NCBI RefSeq assembly: GCF_036365525.1
Contig: NC_090408.1
Span: 15,539,599 to 15,603,598 of the forward strand
Source: Heterodontus francisci
Taxonomy: Eukaryota
DNA: 64,000 nucleotides
Reading direction: 5' to 3'
Shown here: positions 40,810 to 51,439 of the stretch, one piece after another
Numbering within the stretch: the first letter of the stretch is position 1
Layout of the letters: every line of letters starts with the position of its first letter
Program-made: the position numbers and the translations under genes
Notes under the pieces: model-generated
Told to the model about the DNA's origin: nothing
The model's database searches: none
What the model saw: the letters and a program-made list of their open reading frames with translations, nothing else

Positions 40810-43800
40810 TCTTCTTCTTTGGACTCCTTGGCTCGAGAGACAATGGATAAGCGCCTGGCGGTGGTCAGTGGTTTGTGAAGCAGCGCCTGGAGTGGCTATA
40901 AAGGCCAATTCTAGAGTGACAGACTCTTCCACAGGTGCTACAGATAAGATTGGTTGTCGGGGCTGTTACACAGTTGGCTCTCCCCTTGCACTTCTGTCTT
41001 TTTTCCTGCCAACTGCGAAGTCTCTTCGACCCGCGACTCTTTAGCCCCGCCTTTATGACTGCCTGCCAGCTCTGGCGATCGCTGGCAACTGACTCCCACG
41101 ACTTGGGATCAATGTCACAGGACTTCATGTCGCGTTTGCAGACGTCTTTAAAGCGGAGACATGGACAGCCGGTGGGTCTGATACCAGTGACGTGCTCACT
41201 GTACAATGTCTCCTTGGGGATCCTGCCATCTTCCATGCGGCTCACATGGCCAAGCCACCTCAAGCGCCGCTGGCTCAGTAGGGTGTATATGCTGGGGATG
41301 TTGGCCGCCTCGAGGACTTCTGTGTTGGAGATATGGTCCTGCCACCTATTGTCAAGGATTCTCCAGAGGCAGCAAAGATGGAATGAATTGAGACGTCACT
41401 CTTGGCTGACATATGTTGTCCAGGCCTCGCCGCCGTAGCGCAAGATATTGAGGACACAGGCTTGATACACTCGGACTTTTGTGTTCCGTGTCAGTGCGCC
41501 ATTTTCACACACTCTCTTGGCCAGTCTGGACATAGCAGTGGAAGCCTTTTCCATGCACTTGTTGATTTCTGAATCGAGAGACAGGTTACTGGTGATAGTT
41601 GAGCCTAGATAGGTGAACTCTTGAACCACCTTCAGAGCGTGGTCACCAATATTGATGGATGGAGCATTTCTGACGTCCTGTCTCATGATGTTCGTTTTCT
41701 TAAGGCTGATGGTTAGGTCAAATTCGTTGCAGGCAGTCGCAATCCTGTCGATGAGTCTCTGCAGACACTCTTCAGTGTGAGATGTTAATGCAGCATCGTC
41801 AGCAAAGAGGAGTTCCCTGATGAGGACTTTCCGTACTTTGGTCTTCGCTCTTAGACGGGCAAGGTTGAACAACCTGCCACCTGATCTTGTGTGGAGGAAA
41901 ATTCCTTCTTCTGAAGACTTGAACGCGTGTGAGAGCAGCTGGGAGAACAAAATCCCAAACAGTGTAAGTACGAGAACACAGCCCTGTTTCACGCCACTCA
42001 GGATAGGAAAGGGGTCTGATGAGGCTGAATTGTGTCTTTCATATCGTCATGGAATGAGGTGACGATACTTAGTAGCTTTGGTGGACATCCGATCTTTTCT
42101 AGTAGTCTGAAGAGACCGCGTCTGCTGACGAGGTCAAAGGCTTTGGTGAGATCAATGAAAGTAACGTAGAGGGGCATCTGTTGTTCACGGCATTTCTCCT
42201 GTAGCTGGCGAAGGGAGAACAGCATGTCAATGGTGGATCTCTCTGTTCGAAAGCCACACTGTGCCTCAGGGTAGACACGCTCAGCCAGCTTCTGCAGCCT
42301 GTTTAAAGCGACTTGAGCGAAGACTTTCCCCACTATGCCGAGCAGGGAGATTCCACGGTAGATGTTGCAGTCACCGCGGTCGCCCTTGTTCTTATAGAGG
42401 GTGATGATATTGGCATCGCGCATGTCCTGTGATACTGCTCCCTCGTCCCAGCACACGCAAAGCAGTTCGTACAGTGCTGGAAGTATAGCAGGCTTGGCAC
42501 TCTTGATTATTTCAGGGGTAATACTGTCCTTCCCAGGAGCTTTTCCGCTGGCTAGAGAATCAATGGCATCACTGAGTTCCGATTTTGTTGGCTGTACGTC
42601 CATCTCATTCATGACTGGCAGAGACTGGGCTGCATTGAAGGGGGTATCAGTGACAACATTTTCCCTGGAGTACAGTTCTAAGTAGTGCTCAACCCAGCGG
42701 TCCATTTGCTTGCGTTGGTCAGTGATTGTGTCCCCTGATTTAGATTTGAGGGGGGCGATCTTCTTGATGGTTGGCCCAAAAGCTCTCTTAATGCCATCAT
42801 ACCTTCCTCTGATGTTTCCGGTGTCGGAGGCAAGCTGAATATGACTGCATAGATGTTGCCAGTAGTCATTTGCGCAGCGCGTGGCTGTTCTTTGTGCAGC
42901 ACTTCTCGCTGCTTTAAGTGTTACAGATATTAACTTGCTGGGGGCTTTCTTGTAGTTCAACAGTGCAATGCGCTTAGTGGCTATGACAGGTTCCAGCTCT
43001 TCAAAGTGAGATCGAAACCAGTCTGCATTCTGCTTCACACGTTTGCCAAAGGTGATCATTGCTGAGTCATAGATGGTGTCTCTGATGTGGGCCCACTTGG
43101 TCTCTGCATCCCCTGTAGGAGTGTTTTGAAGGGCTTTTTCAAGTGAATTTAGAAACTTACCTAACAGCTGTGGATGAGAAATTCTGTTAGTGTTGATGCG
43201 CGGGTGGCCCTTCTGCTTGGAGTGATGCAGCTTCTTTGGTTTGAGTCTAACCTTGCTGCACACCAGGGAGTGGTCAGTGTCGTAATCTGCACTGTGGAAG
43301 CTGCGTGTGGTTTGAACGCTGTTTAAAGAGGCTCGCCTTGTGACGATGAGGTCCAGCTGGTGCCAACGACGTGATCTTGGGTGCCTCCAAGAAACCTGGT
43401 GACAGGGTTTAGTGTGAAAGAACGAGTTAGTGATGCAGAGGTTGTGATAGGTACACAACTCAAGCAGTCTCTGTCCATTCTCATTCATCCTTCCAATGCC
43501 ATAGCGCCCAAGGCAGGAGGGCGATGACTCATGATTGGCCCCAACCCTGGCATTGAAGTCCCCCAGCAGGAACAGGTGTTCAGTACTGGGGATGCTACTA
43601 ATGATATTATGGAGTTCCTCGTAGAATTGGTCTTTAGCTGCAGGTGAAGAGCAGAGTGTTGGAGCATAGATGCTGAGTAGGTGTACTAGACCAGAGGCGG
43701 TGAGCAGTCGGATGGATAGTATGCGTTCCGAGCCATTTGAGGGTGGCTCTATCATGCTGAGCAAAGAGTTTCTGATGGCGAATCCCACTCCATGCTGTCT

Positions 43801-44575
43801 TGGTTCTTCAGGATCGCTACCCTGCCAGAAGAAGGTGTAGTCTTGCTCTCTTAGAGATCCGCTCGCAGGGAGACGTGTCTCCTGAAGTGCTGCAATATCC
43901 ACACTGAGTCTCCTGAGCTCGTTGTTAATGATGGCGGTCTTCAGAGAATTGTTGATTTGTGTCAGGTCTTCCAACAGGCCAGGCCACATAGTTCTGAAGT
44001 TCCAGCTTGCAAAACGAAGGGCTGGTAACTTTTTTCTTTTTTTTGTCGTGCTGTTTGGTGCAGTGTTACAGTCCACTTGTCGGGCAATGACCCTGAGCTC
44101 CAAGCACCCATTGAAGCAGGTGGACTATGGCAGGACAGAACCTTATTGACCGGGGGCTGCCCGGTTTGAGGTGGGCGATTGCTGTCCAGTGAGATGTGAT
44201 AACCTCTCCCACCGACAAAGGCAACCCGTAGCGCCCAATCTCTACACCAATTGAGCTGGACTTATAACCCGTAACTGCTGCCTTCTGCGTTGTTTTGGTC
44301 ACTGTGAGGCGACTATGGAGTGACCTCTCCATGGTGCATGCCTGGGCAGATGTATGGAGGTTATGAGTTGCCCAAGCATCAAAACCCCCCTCTCGGCCTT
44401 CCTCGTGGGGTCCAAAGGAGTGCAGAGCACGATGTATGGCTGTAGGAACTGCCGGAAACATGCAAGGTGACACATGACCGCCTTTGGGTTTCCGCTCCAG
44501 ATTTTCTGTGAGGGTTTACTCCCTTAGCCTTGGTCCCTCCCGCGACGCCCAGAAGGCAGTGGGGTTGTTAGGGCC
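40810..44575 (-). mobile_element. Near full-length RTE-clade LINE (single APE+RT ORF with two lesions)
   Basis: 701-aa ORF (ASWN, ALQET, YAPT, LGDFNA, TDH, YRGISLL, QCGFR, DLTKAFD) continued by 198-aa (FADD) and 132-aa ORFs; (GAA)n tail at 40810. Confidence 0.97.
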
Positions 44576-44589
44576 CCTGCTCAGGGGTA

Positions 44590-44860
44590 GGTGGATGCCG
44601 GTGGGAAGAGGTGGGGGGAAGGGGGTGTGGTGGTGGGGGGGTGCAAGGGGGAGGGGTGCGGTGGTAAGGGGAGGAGGGAAAGGGGTGCGAGGGGGAGCTG
44701 GGAAGGGGCTGCAGGGGGGTAGGGGAGGCGGTGCAGGGGGGTAGGGGAGGGGGTGCAGGGGAAGGGGGTGCGAGGGGAAGATGGTGCGAAGGGGGAGCTG
44801 GGAAGGGGGTGCGAGGGGGGTGAGCTGGGAGGGGTAGGGGGTGAGGGAAGGGGGTGCAGG
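44590..44860. repeat. G-rich degenerate minisatellite (G-quadruplex potential)
   Basis: Units such as GGGAAGGGGGTGC(A/G)AGGGGG; purine-rich + strand. Confidence 0.85.
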
Positions 44861-44879
44861 TAATAAAACATTTCATCAG

Positions 44880-45060
44880 CTCCCACCATTGTCCACTAGT
44901 GATCCTCACTCACTCAGAGCGGCCTCCTCCCTGGAGCCCGGCATGGCCGCGCCACCCTTCACGCTCGACACTCTGGATGGACAACTGAGTTTCCCGCCGG
45001 CTCAGGAGCAGCGACCTCGCTCCTTCATCTTTCAGGCTTTCACTAATAAATTCGGCATCG
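44880..45060 (+). pseudogene. Orphan CpG-rich gene fragment with thioredoxin/AhpC-TSA-like N-terminal motif
   Basis: LRAASSLEPGMAAPPFTLDTLDGQLSFPP...FIFQAFTNK. No matching downstream exon seen. Confidence 0.5.
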
Positions 45061-45159
45061 GTATCGTCGAAGGAGAGGAAGACCACATATATAATCGGAA
45101 TAATGTCCAATTAGGAAATTTTTAAAATATATTTCCATTAAGTATTTTAGATAGAGTTT

Positions 45160-45355
45160 ATGTGACTGCATATGTGAGTATAGTGTGAGAGTGCCCGAAT
45201 GTGTGTGCATGTTTATATGAGTGTATGCAAGTGTGAGTGCTGTATATGAATGCCTGACTGTACGAGCGTGTGTTAGTGTAATGAGTGTTTCCGCATGAGT
45301 GTGACTTGTTTGTGTGTGTTGAATGCGAGTGTATATGAGTAAGTGTGTGAGAAAG
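45160..45355. repeat. Degenerate (TG)n / (TGAG) microsatellite
   Basis: Interrupted TG/TA/GA dinucleotide runs. Confidence 0.7.
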
Positions 45356-45820
45356 ACAACAAATGACAGTGCTCTAATTAAGTCATCATGGCTTTTGATT
45401 TTTGTTCTATTAATTTCCAAAAGCATATGGAACAAATAGGGAGAGAAAGAAAGAGGGAGTGTGAATTTTCACTTATATCACCAGGCAGAAACTAGGCAGC
45501 AGCCCATCAGCTGCCTGTTACACACCTTGCCCAACATTCCTTTCTATTTACTACACTAGAAACATGGGACCGCCAATCACTTCTGCCCATTATCAGTCTC
45601 CGGTTGTTTTTGCAGATTTTTCTGTGTTTGAAATTTAGTCTTGTAAAAGATTGTGTTTGTTGTCCACAGCTCACATTAATGAGCTTCTGAGGATTCATTT
45701 TTTGCAGATTTTTCCCTGTATTCAAAGTTGTGAAAACTGTGGTTTGCAGCTCCTGGGCAGATTCAATTTTGCTTTTAGTGTCATTTTACCTTTTTTTCTG
45801 TGACCTTCCCTTTTCCCTCG

Positions 45821-45892
45821 TCAATTTATGTGGTTTCATCTATCACAATTTGTGTGGTTTCAATGATCGCTATTTGTGTGGTTTCAATGATG
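45821..45892. repeat. Three about 24-bp tandem units containing TGTGGTTTCA
   Basis: ATTTATGTGGTTTCATCTATCACA / ATTTGTGTGGTTTCAATGATCGCT / ATTTGTGTGGTTTCAATGATG. Confidence 0.8.
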
Positions 45893-45927
45893 TACTTCAC
45901 AAGCAACCAAGTGAGTCAATTTACATT

Positions 45928-47120
45928 CCATGACAGCGCTTCTGATACGTCTTCCTTTTTCCTCAACCGAGGATTCCTCCCCACTGTGGTTGATAGGGCC
46001 CTCAACCGTGTCCGGCCCATTTCCCGCACGTCTACCCTCACCCCTTCCCCTCCCTCCCAGAACTGCGACAAGGTTCCCCTTGTCCTCACTTTCCACCCCA
46101 TCAGCCTCCACATCCAAAGGATCATCCTCCGCCATTTCTGCCAGCTCCAGCGTGATGCCACTACCAAATGCATCTTCCCCTCCCTTCCCCTGTCAGCATT
46201 CCGAAGGGATCGTTCCCTCAGCGACACCCTGGTCCGCTTCTCCATTATCCCCATCACCTCATCCCCTTCCCACGGCACGTTCCCTGCAATCGCAGGAGGT
46301 GTAATGCCTGCCCATTTACCTCCTCTCTCCTCACCATTCCAGGCCCCAAACACTCCTTTCAGGTGAAGCAGCGATTTACTTGTACTTCTTTCAATGTAGT
46401 ATACTGTATTCACTGCTCACAATGTGGTCTCCTCTACACTGGAGAGACCAAACACAGACTGGGTGATCGCTTTGCGGAACATCTCCACTCAGTCCGAAAG
46501 CATGACCCCGAGCTTCCGGTCGCTGCCATTTCAACACATTCCCCCCTGCTCTCATGCTCACATCTCTGTCCTGGGATTGCTGCAGTGTTCCAGCGAACAT
46601 CAACGCAAGCTCGAGGAACAGCATCTCATTTACCGATTAGGCACGCTACAGCCTGCTGGACTGAACATTGAGTTCAATAATTTCAGAGATGACGGGCCCC
46701 CCATTTTACTTTTATTTTTAGTTATCTTTTTCTTTTTTCTTCTTTTTTTTGTGTTTATTTTATTTTATCTTTGTTCAGTTTGCCAACCCACTTTTTGTTT
46801 CATGTTTGTACTTGCGGCTGTTCAGTTTTCAGTCCGTTAACACCCTATCCGTACTAATGCTTTGTCTTTCAACACACAATTAACATACTGTTTGCCTTTG
46901 CTCCACGACCTTCTGGTCGGCGATTCTGTGTGACCTTATCCTATCTACACCTCTTTTGTTATCTCTTGCCCCACCCCCGCTTTACTTGCTTAAAACCTTT
47001 CACATTTCTAATATTTGCCAGTGCTGAAGAAGGGTCACTGACCTGAAACGTTAATTCTGTTTCTCGCTCCACAGATGCTGCCAGACCTGCTGAGTATTTC
47101 CAGCATTTATTGTTTTTATT
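45928..47120 (+). mobile_element. Penelope-like element, 5'-truncated (GIY-YIG endonuclease)
   Basis: FTCTSFNVVYCIHCSQCGLLYTGETKHRLGDRFAEH and RKLEEQHLIYRLGTLQPAGLN. 16-bp direct repeat TGAGTCAATTTACATT at 45912-45927 and 47121-47136. Confidence 0.95.
47019..47060 (+). ncRNA. Minimal hammerhead ribozyme motif in the Penelope terminal repeat
   Basis: CTGAAGA (47024-47030), then A, stem II GGGTC-ACT-GACCT, GAAA (47045-47048), palindromic AACGTT stem III and A. Fits minimal PLE hammerheads. Confidence 0.65.
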
Positions 47121-47272
47121 TGAGTCAATTTACATTGTGTGATTTCAGTAGTTATTTAAGTTCTTTGCATGTTTTCGTTGGTCTTTTGGTTGCCTGAGGT
47201 GTATTTGATTTGATGAGAGAGTTGTGCTGCATTGGCTGAATAAATACAGTTCATTTTAGCACCAAGAACATA

Positions 47273-48226
47273 GGGCTAGATTTTATAAGTTCGCTGCCGA
47301 TTGGGCAGGCAGCAAGCGCAGTGGCTCATTTAAATAGCGGGTGGGCTGCCCCCCCCCACCCCCGCTTACGTGGAGGGGGTGGGGTGACTGTCCCTGGCAA
47401 TGGCGTCAGCTGCCTGTGCATCGGCGCTGACACCATTTTTAGAGGGCTGTTAGCCCTACCGGCTTATTTAAATATTTAAAGATAGATGGAATAAAATTAA
47501 ATAAATACATCTCTTTGGCTCCTCTCCCACCCACTAATCACAATTAATTATTTGCCCTTCCCCCCCAAAACACTTACCTTTACCATCTGACCTTCCCCTC
47601 CCCCCCCCCCCACAAACTGCACAAAGTTTAAACTACAACCCTTATCCCCATGACGTTAATTTGACCCCGTCCTCCCCCTCCCCACCAGCGTTGCGCCTCG
47701 TTTCCCCGGACAGGGACCCAAAGGCACGGGAGTGCCAGCCACTGGGCCGAAGATGGCGGGGGGATATCAAGAGGTGACATAAGTCACAGTGGCGCAGTGG
47801 TTAGCCCCGCAGCCTCACAGCTCCAGGGACCCAAGTTCGATTCTGGGTACTGCCTGTGTAGAGTTTGCAAGTTCTCCCTGTGTCTGCGTGGGTTTTCACC
47901 GGGTGCTCCGGTTTCCTCCCACATCCAAAAGACTTGCAGGTGATTGGTAAATTGGCCGTTGTAAATTGCCCCTAGTGTAGGGAATATGGGATTACTGTCG
48001 GGTTAGTATAAATGGGTGGTTGTTGGTCGGCACAGACACGGTGGGCCGAAGGGCCTGTTTCAGTGCTGTATCTCTAAATAAAAAATAAATAAATAAAATA
48101 AAGTATATTTAAGACAATTAATTTAATTGATTTGAATATTAGAATTGTGGTCTCGTCACCCTGCAGCAGAGAGGTCAGTAGCAGGCCTGGGGATCCGGGT
48201 GTCGAAGGCTCCTGAAAATCAAGCCC
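47273..48226. mobile_element. PIF/Harbinger-type MITE with nested SINE
   Basis: TIR GGGCTAGATTTT ... AAAATCAAGCCC (1 mismatch in 12). 3-bp TSD ATA at 47270-47272 and 48227-48229. Confidence 0.85.
47785..48100 (+). mobile_element. tRNA-derived V-domain SINE (HE1-like)
   Basis: A box TGGCGCAGTGG, B box GTTCGATTC, (TAAA)n tail. Confidence 0.9.
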
Positions 48227-48694
48227 ATAAGAACTGGGAGCAGGAGTAGGCCATAAAGCCTCTTTAGCCTGCTCAGCCATCCCATTAGATTACAACTGAC
48301 CTTCTACATGAACTCCACTTTCCTGCCCTATCCCATATCCCTTGATTTCCTTAGTGACCTGAATTATGTCTGCATGCTGTGGGGCAATTATGCCCCAACT
48401 TCTAACTCAAATGGGACTGAACAGCACTTGGTCTTTATCATGGCTTTGGTCTGGACCAAGGGAGATACACTAATTCTAAATGATGTGTCTGTTTTGATGT
48501 GGACTTACGCAGCTTCACTGGCCCCTGATTTACAGCAATGTTTTCCCATTCTGCAGACCTTAAACTGCAAAAACATCTGAAGGAATAATATCCTTTTGGG
48601 AAAGGAAATGATGGAGTTGTCATTGTGATACTGGAGGAGTAATCTGGAGGCCTGAATTATTACTCCAGAAGATGCGAGTTCAGATTCAGCACTT

Positions 48695-49907
48695 TACACA
48701 TCAGCAACATGATGGAAGGTATGGTCAACAGTGCTATCAAGCGGTACTAACTCACCAATAACCTCCTCACCAATGCTCCAGACCCATTAGAACCTTGTCC
48801 AAACATGAGCAAATTGCTAAATTTCAGATGTGAGGTGAGAATGACTGTCCTTGACATCAAGGCAGCATTTGACTGAGTGTGACTGGAGTCATACCTAGCA
48901 CAAACGAAAATGGTTGCGGTTGTTGTAGTCCCAAGATATTGCTGCAGGAGTTCCTCAGGGTGGTGTCCTAGGCTGAACCATCTTCAGCTGCTGCACCCAA
49001 CATAAGATCAGAAGTGGGGATGTTCACTTTGCAGACAGCATTCCGTACCATTCGCAACTCAATTAATGAAGCGGTCCATGTCCGCATGCAGCAAGAGCGG
49101 GACAACATTTAGGCTTGGACTGATAAGTGTCAAGTAACATTTGCACCACACAAGTACCAGGCAATGACCACCTCCAACAAGAGCGAGTCTAACCACTCCC
49201 CCTTGGCAGTCAACAACATTACCATCACTGAAGTCCTTACTATCAACATCATGGGGGTCACCATTGACTAGAAACTTAACTGGAGCAGCAATATAAATAC
49301 TGTAGCTGCAAGAGCAGGTCAGAGGCTGGGAATTCTATGGCAATTAACTCACCTCCTGACTCCCCAAAGCCTTTCCACCAACTGCAAGACACGTCAGGAG
49401 TGTGTTGGAATACTCTCCATTTGCCTGCATGAATGGAGCTTCAATAACACTCAAGTAGCTCAACACCATCTAGGACAAAACTGCCCGCTTGATCAGCACC
49501 CCATCCACCATCAACATTCACTCCCTCCATCACTGGCACACTGTGGCAGTAGTGTGTACCATCTACAAGATGCACTGCAGCAACTCGTCGAGGCTTCACG
49601 ACAGCGCTTTCCAAACCTGTGACCTCTACCACCTAGAAGAACAAGGACAGCAGGTACATGGGAACACCACCACCTGCAAGCTCCCCTCCAAGTCACACAT
49701 CATCCTGACTTGCTGTTCCTTCACTGTCGCTGGGTCAAAATCCTGGAACGCCTTTGCTAACAACACTATGGGATACTGTCACCACACAGATGGGAGCAGT
49801 TCAAGGAGGCAGCTCACCACCAATTTCTTAAGGTCAATTTGGGATGGGCAATAAATGCTGGCCTTGCCAATAATGCCCACATCCCATGAACGAATATTTA
49901 AAAAAAA
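48695..49907 (+). mobile_element. LINE family B fragment inserted into a SINE family B copy
   Basis: GVPQGGVLG region and family-B tail. SINE-B head at about 48610-48690; continuation at about 49908-49945 and 50215-50420. Confidence 0.8.
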
Positions 49908-50214
49908 TCTCCACCTGGCAATTTGAGAATTTGAATTTAGCTTAACTGTCTGAGAACTCTGTGTTCTTCCAATTCTGACCTTTCTGCATCCCTGATTACC
50001 TTCACCTCAACACTGGCGGCCACGTCTTCAGCTGCATAGGGCCTGAGATCTGGAGTTCCCTCCACGTCATCACCACCTCCTTAAGACACTCCTTAAAACC
50101 TGCCCTAATATCTCCCTATGTGAAGCGAGGTTAAAGTTTGTCTGGTGATGCTCCTGTGAAGTGGCTTGGGACATTTTACTATGTTAAAGGCTAGCTATAT
50201 ATATATATATATAT

Positions 50215-50420
50215 TGTTGTAAAAACCGAATGAGTCAAGAATGTCCTTTAGGGACGGGAACTCATTGCCTTTACCCAGTTTAGTCTACATCTGACTCCAG
50301 TCCCACATCAAACATGGTTGACTCTCAGTTGAACCAAATCGTTTCTCAGGACAACTAAGGATGAGCAATAAATGCCCGCCTTGCCATCAATGCCCATATC
50401 CCGAGCATGAATTTAAAATA
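50215..50420 (+). mobile_element. SINE family B 3' half
   Basis: AATGTCCTTTAGGGA...GACTCCAG...TGGTTGACTCT...GGATGAGCAATAAATGC. Confidence 0.7.
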
Positions 50421-50537
50421 AAATATGTATCTCGGCCCAGTAATAACTGGCGTAATTATGATATTAAAGATGATCTGATTTTTCTACACAAGTGTCTCAA
50501 TATTCCACATGCAGCTTTACTTCAGTGTGGTACATTT

Positions 50538-50868
50538 GGGGCAGCACAGTGGTTAGCACCGCAGCCTCACAGCTCCAGCGACCCGGGTTCAATTCTGGGT
50601 ACTGCCTGTGTGGAGTTTGCAAGTTCTCCCTGTGACCGCGTGGGTTTCCTCCCACAGCCAAAGACTTGCAGGTTGATAGGTAAATTGGCCATTATAAATT
50701 GCCCCTAGTATAGGTAGGTGGTAGGGAAATATAGGGACAGGTGGGGATGTGGTAGGAATATGGGATAAATGTAGGGTTAGTATAAATGGGTGGTTGATGG
50801 TCGGCACAGACTCGGTGGTCCGAAGGGCCTGTTTCAGTGCTGTATCTCTAAAATAAAAATAAATAAAT
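50538..50868 (+). mobile_element. tRNA-derived V-domain SINE (HE1-like)
   Basis: Same family as 3506-3850. Confidence 0.9.
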
Positions 50869-51439
50869 CATTTAGACTTAGTCATACTGACTGCCAATAT
50901 AAACATTTGCTCAGATTTATATTTCAACTCAATGTTTATTACAGATATAGATTAGGCTGACAGGCTGGACCTGTGCAATCACCCAACCTCACTATAGAAG
51001 CACATTATGATTTACTGTTGTAGATTTCTATACAGAAACAGTAGCCATGGAATTCAACTAATTTGCTAAGTTTCCAAAATTCAAGGCTTGATTTACACTC
51101 GTAAATATACCACTAGAATAATTGACTTTTAAAATTATAACTTATGGTTCTGAAGACATAATTCAAATCACCCTGTTAAATAATCTGCAAAGCACAACAA
51201 GGGTAAACTACAGTCAATAGAATATAACACAATGACTTGCCCATGTTAAACGTTTGAACAGCACTTGCATCCTATGGCATCATAATAATTAATAAGTTAA
51301 CATACATAAATAAAAGCTCTGGAACACAACGTTTTTGAAAAAAAAAAGTATTTTTTCCTCACAACATGCTTCAAAAATGTGAATGAGTTTAGGGACAGAA
51401 GCAATTTTCATTTCTAGACAATCTAAAATGACTACACTC

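Noticed and set aside
44484-44909. Gly-rich and Pro-rich ORFs
   Set aside because: Artefacts of the G-rich minisatellite.
45821-45892. CRISPR-like short repeats
   Set aside because: Vertebrate DNA, no unique spacers, no cas genes; a simple tandem repeat.
47785-47860. tRNA-like A/B boxes at SINE heads
   Set aside because: SINE internal promoters followed by a V-domain; not functional tRNA genes.
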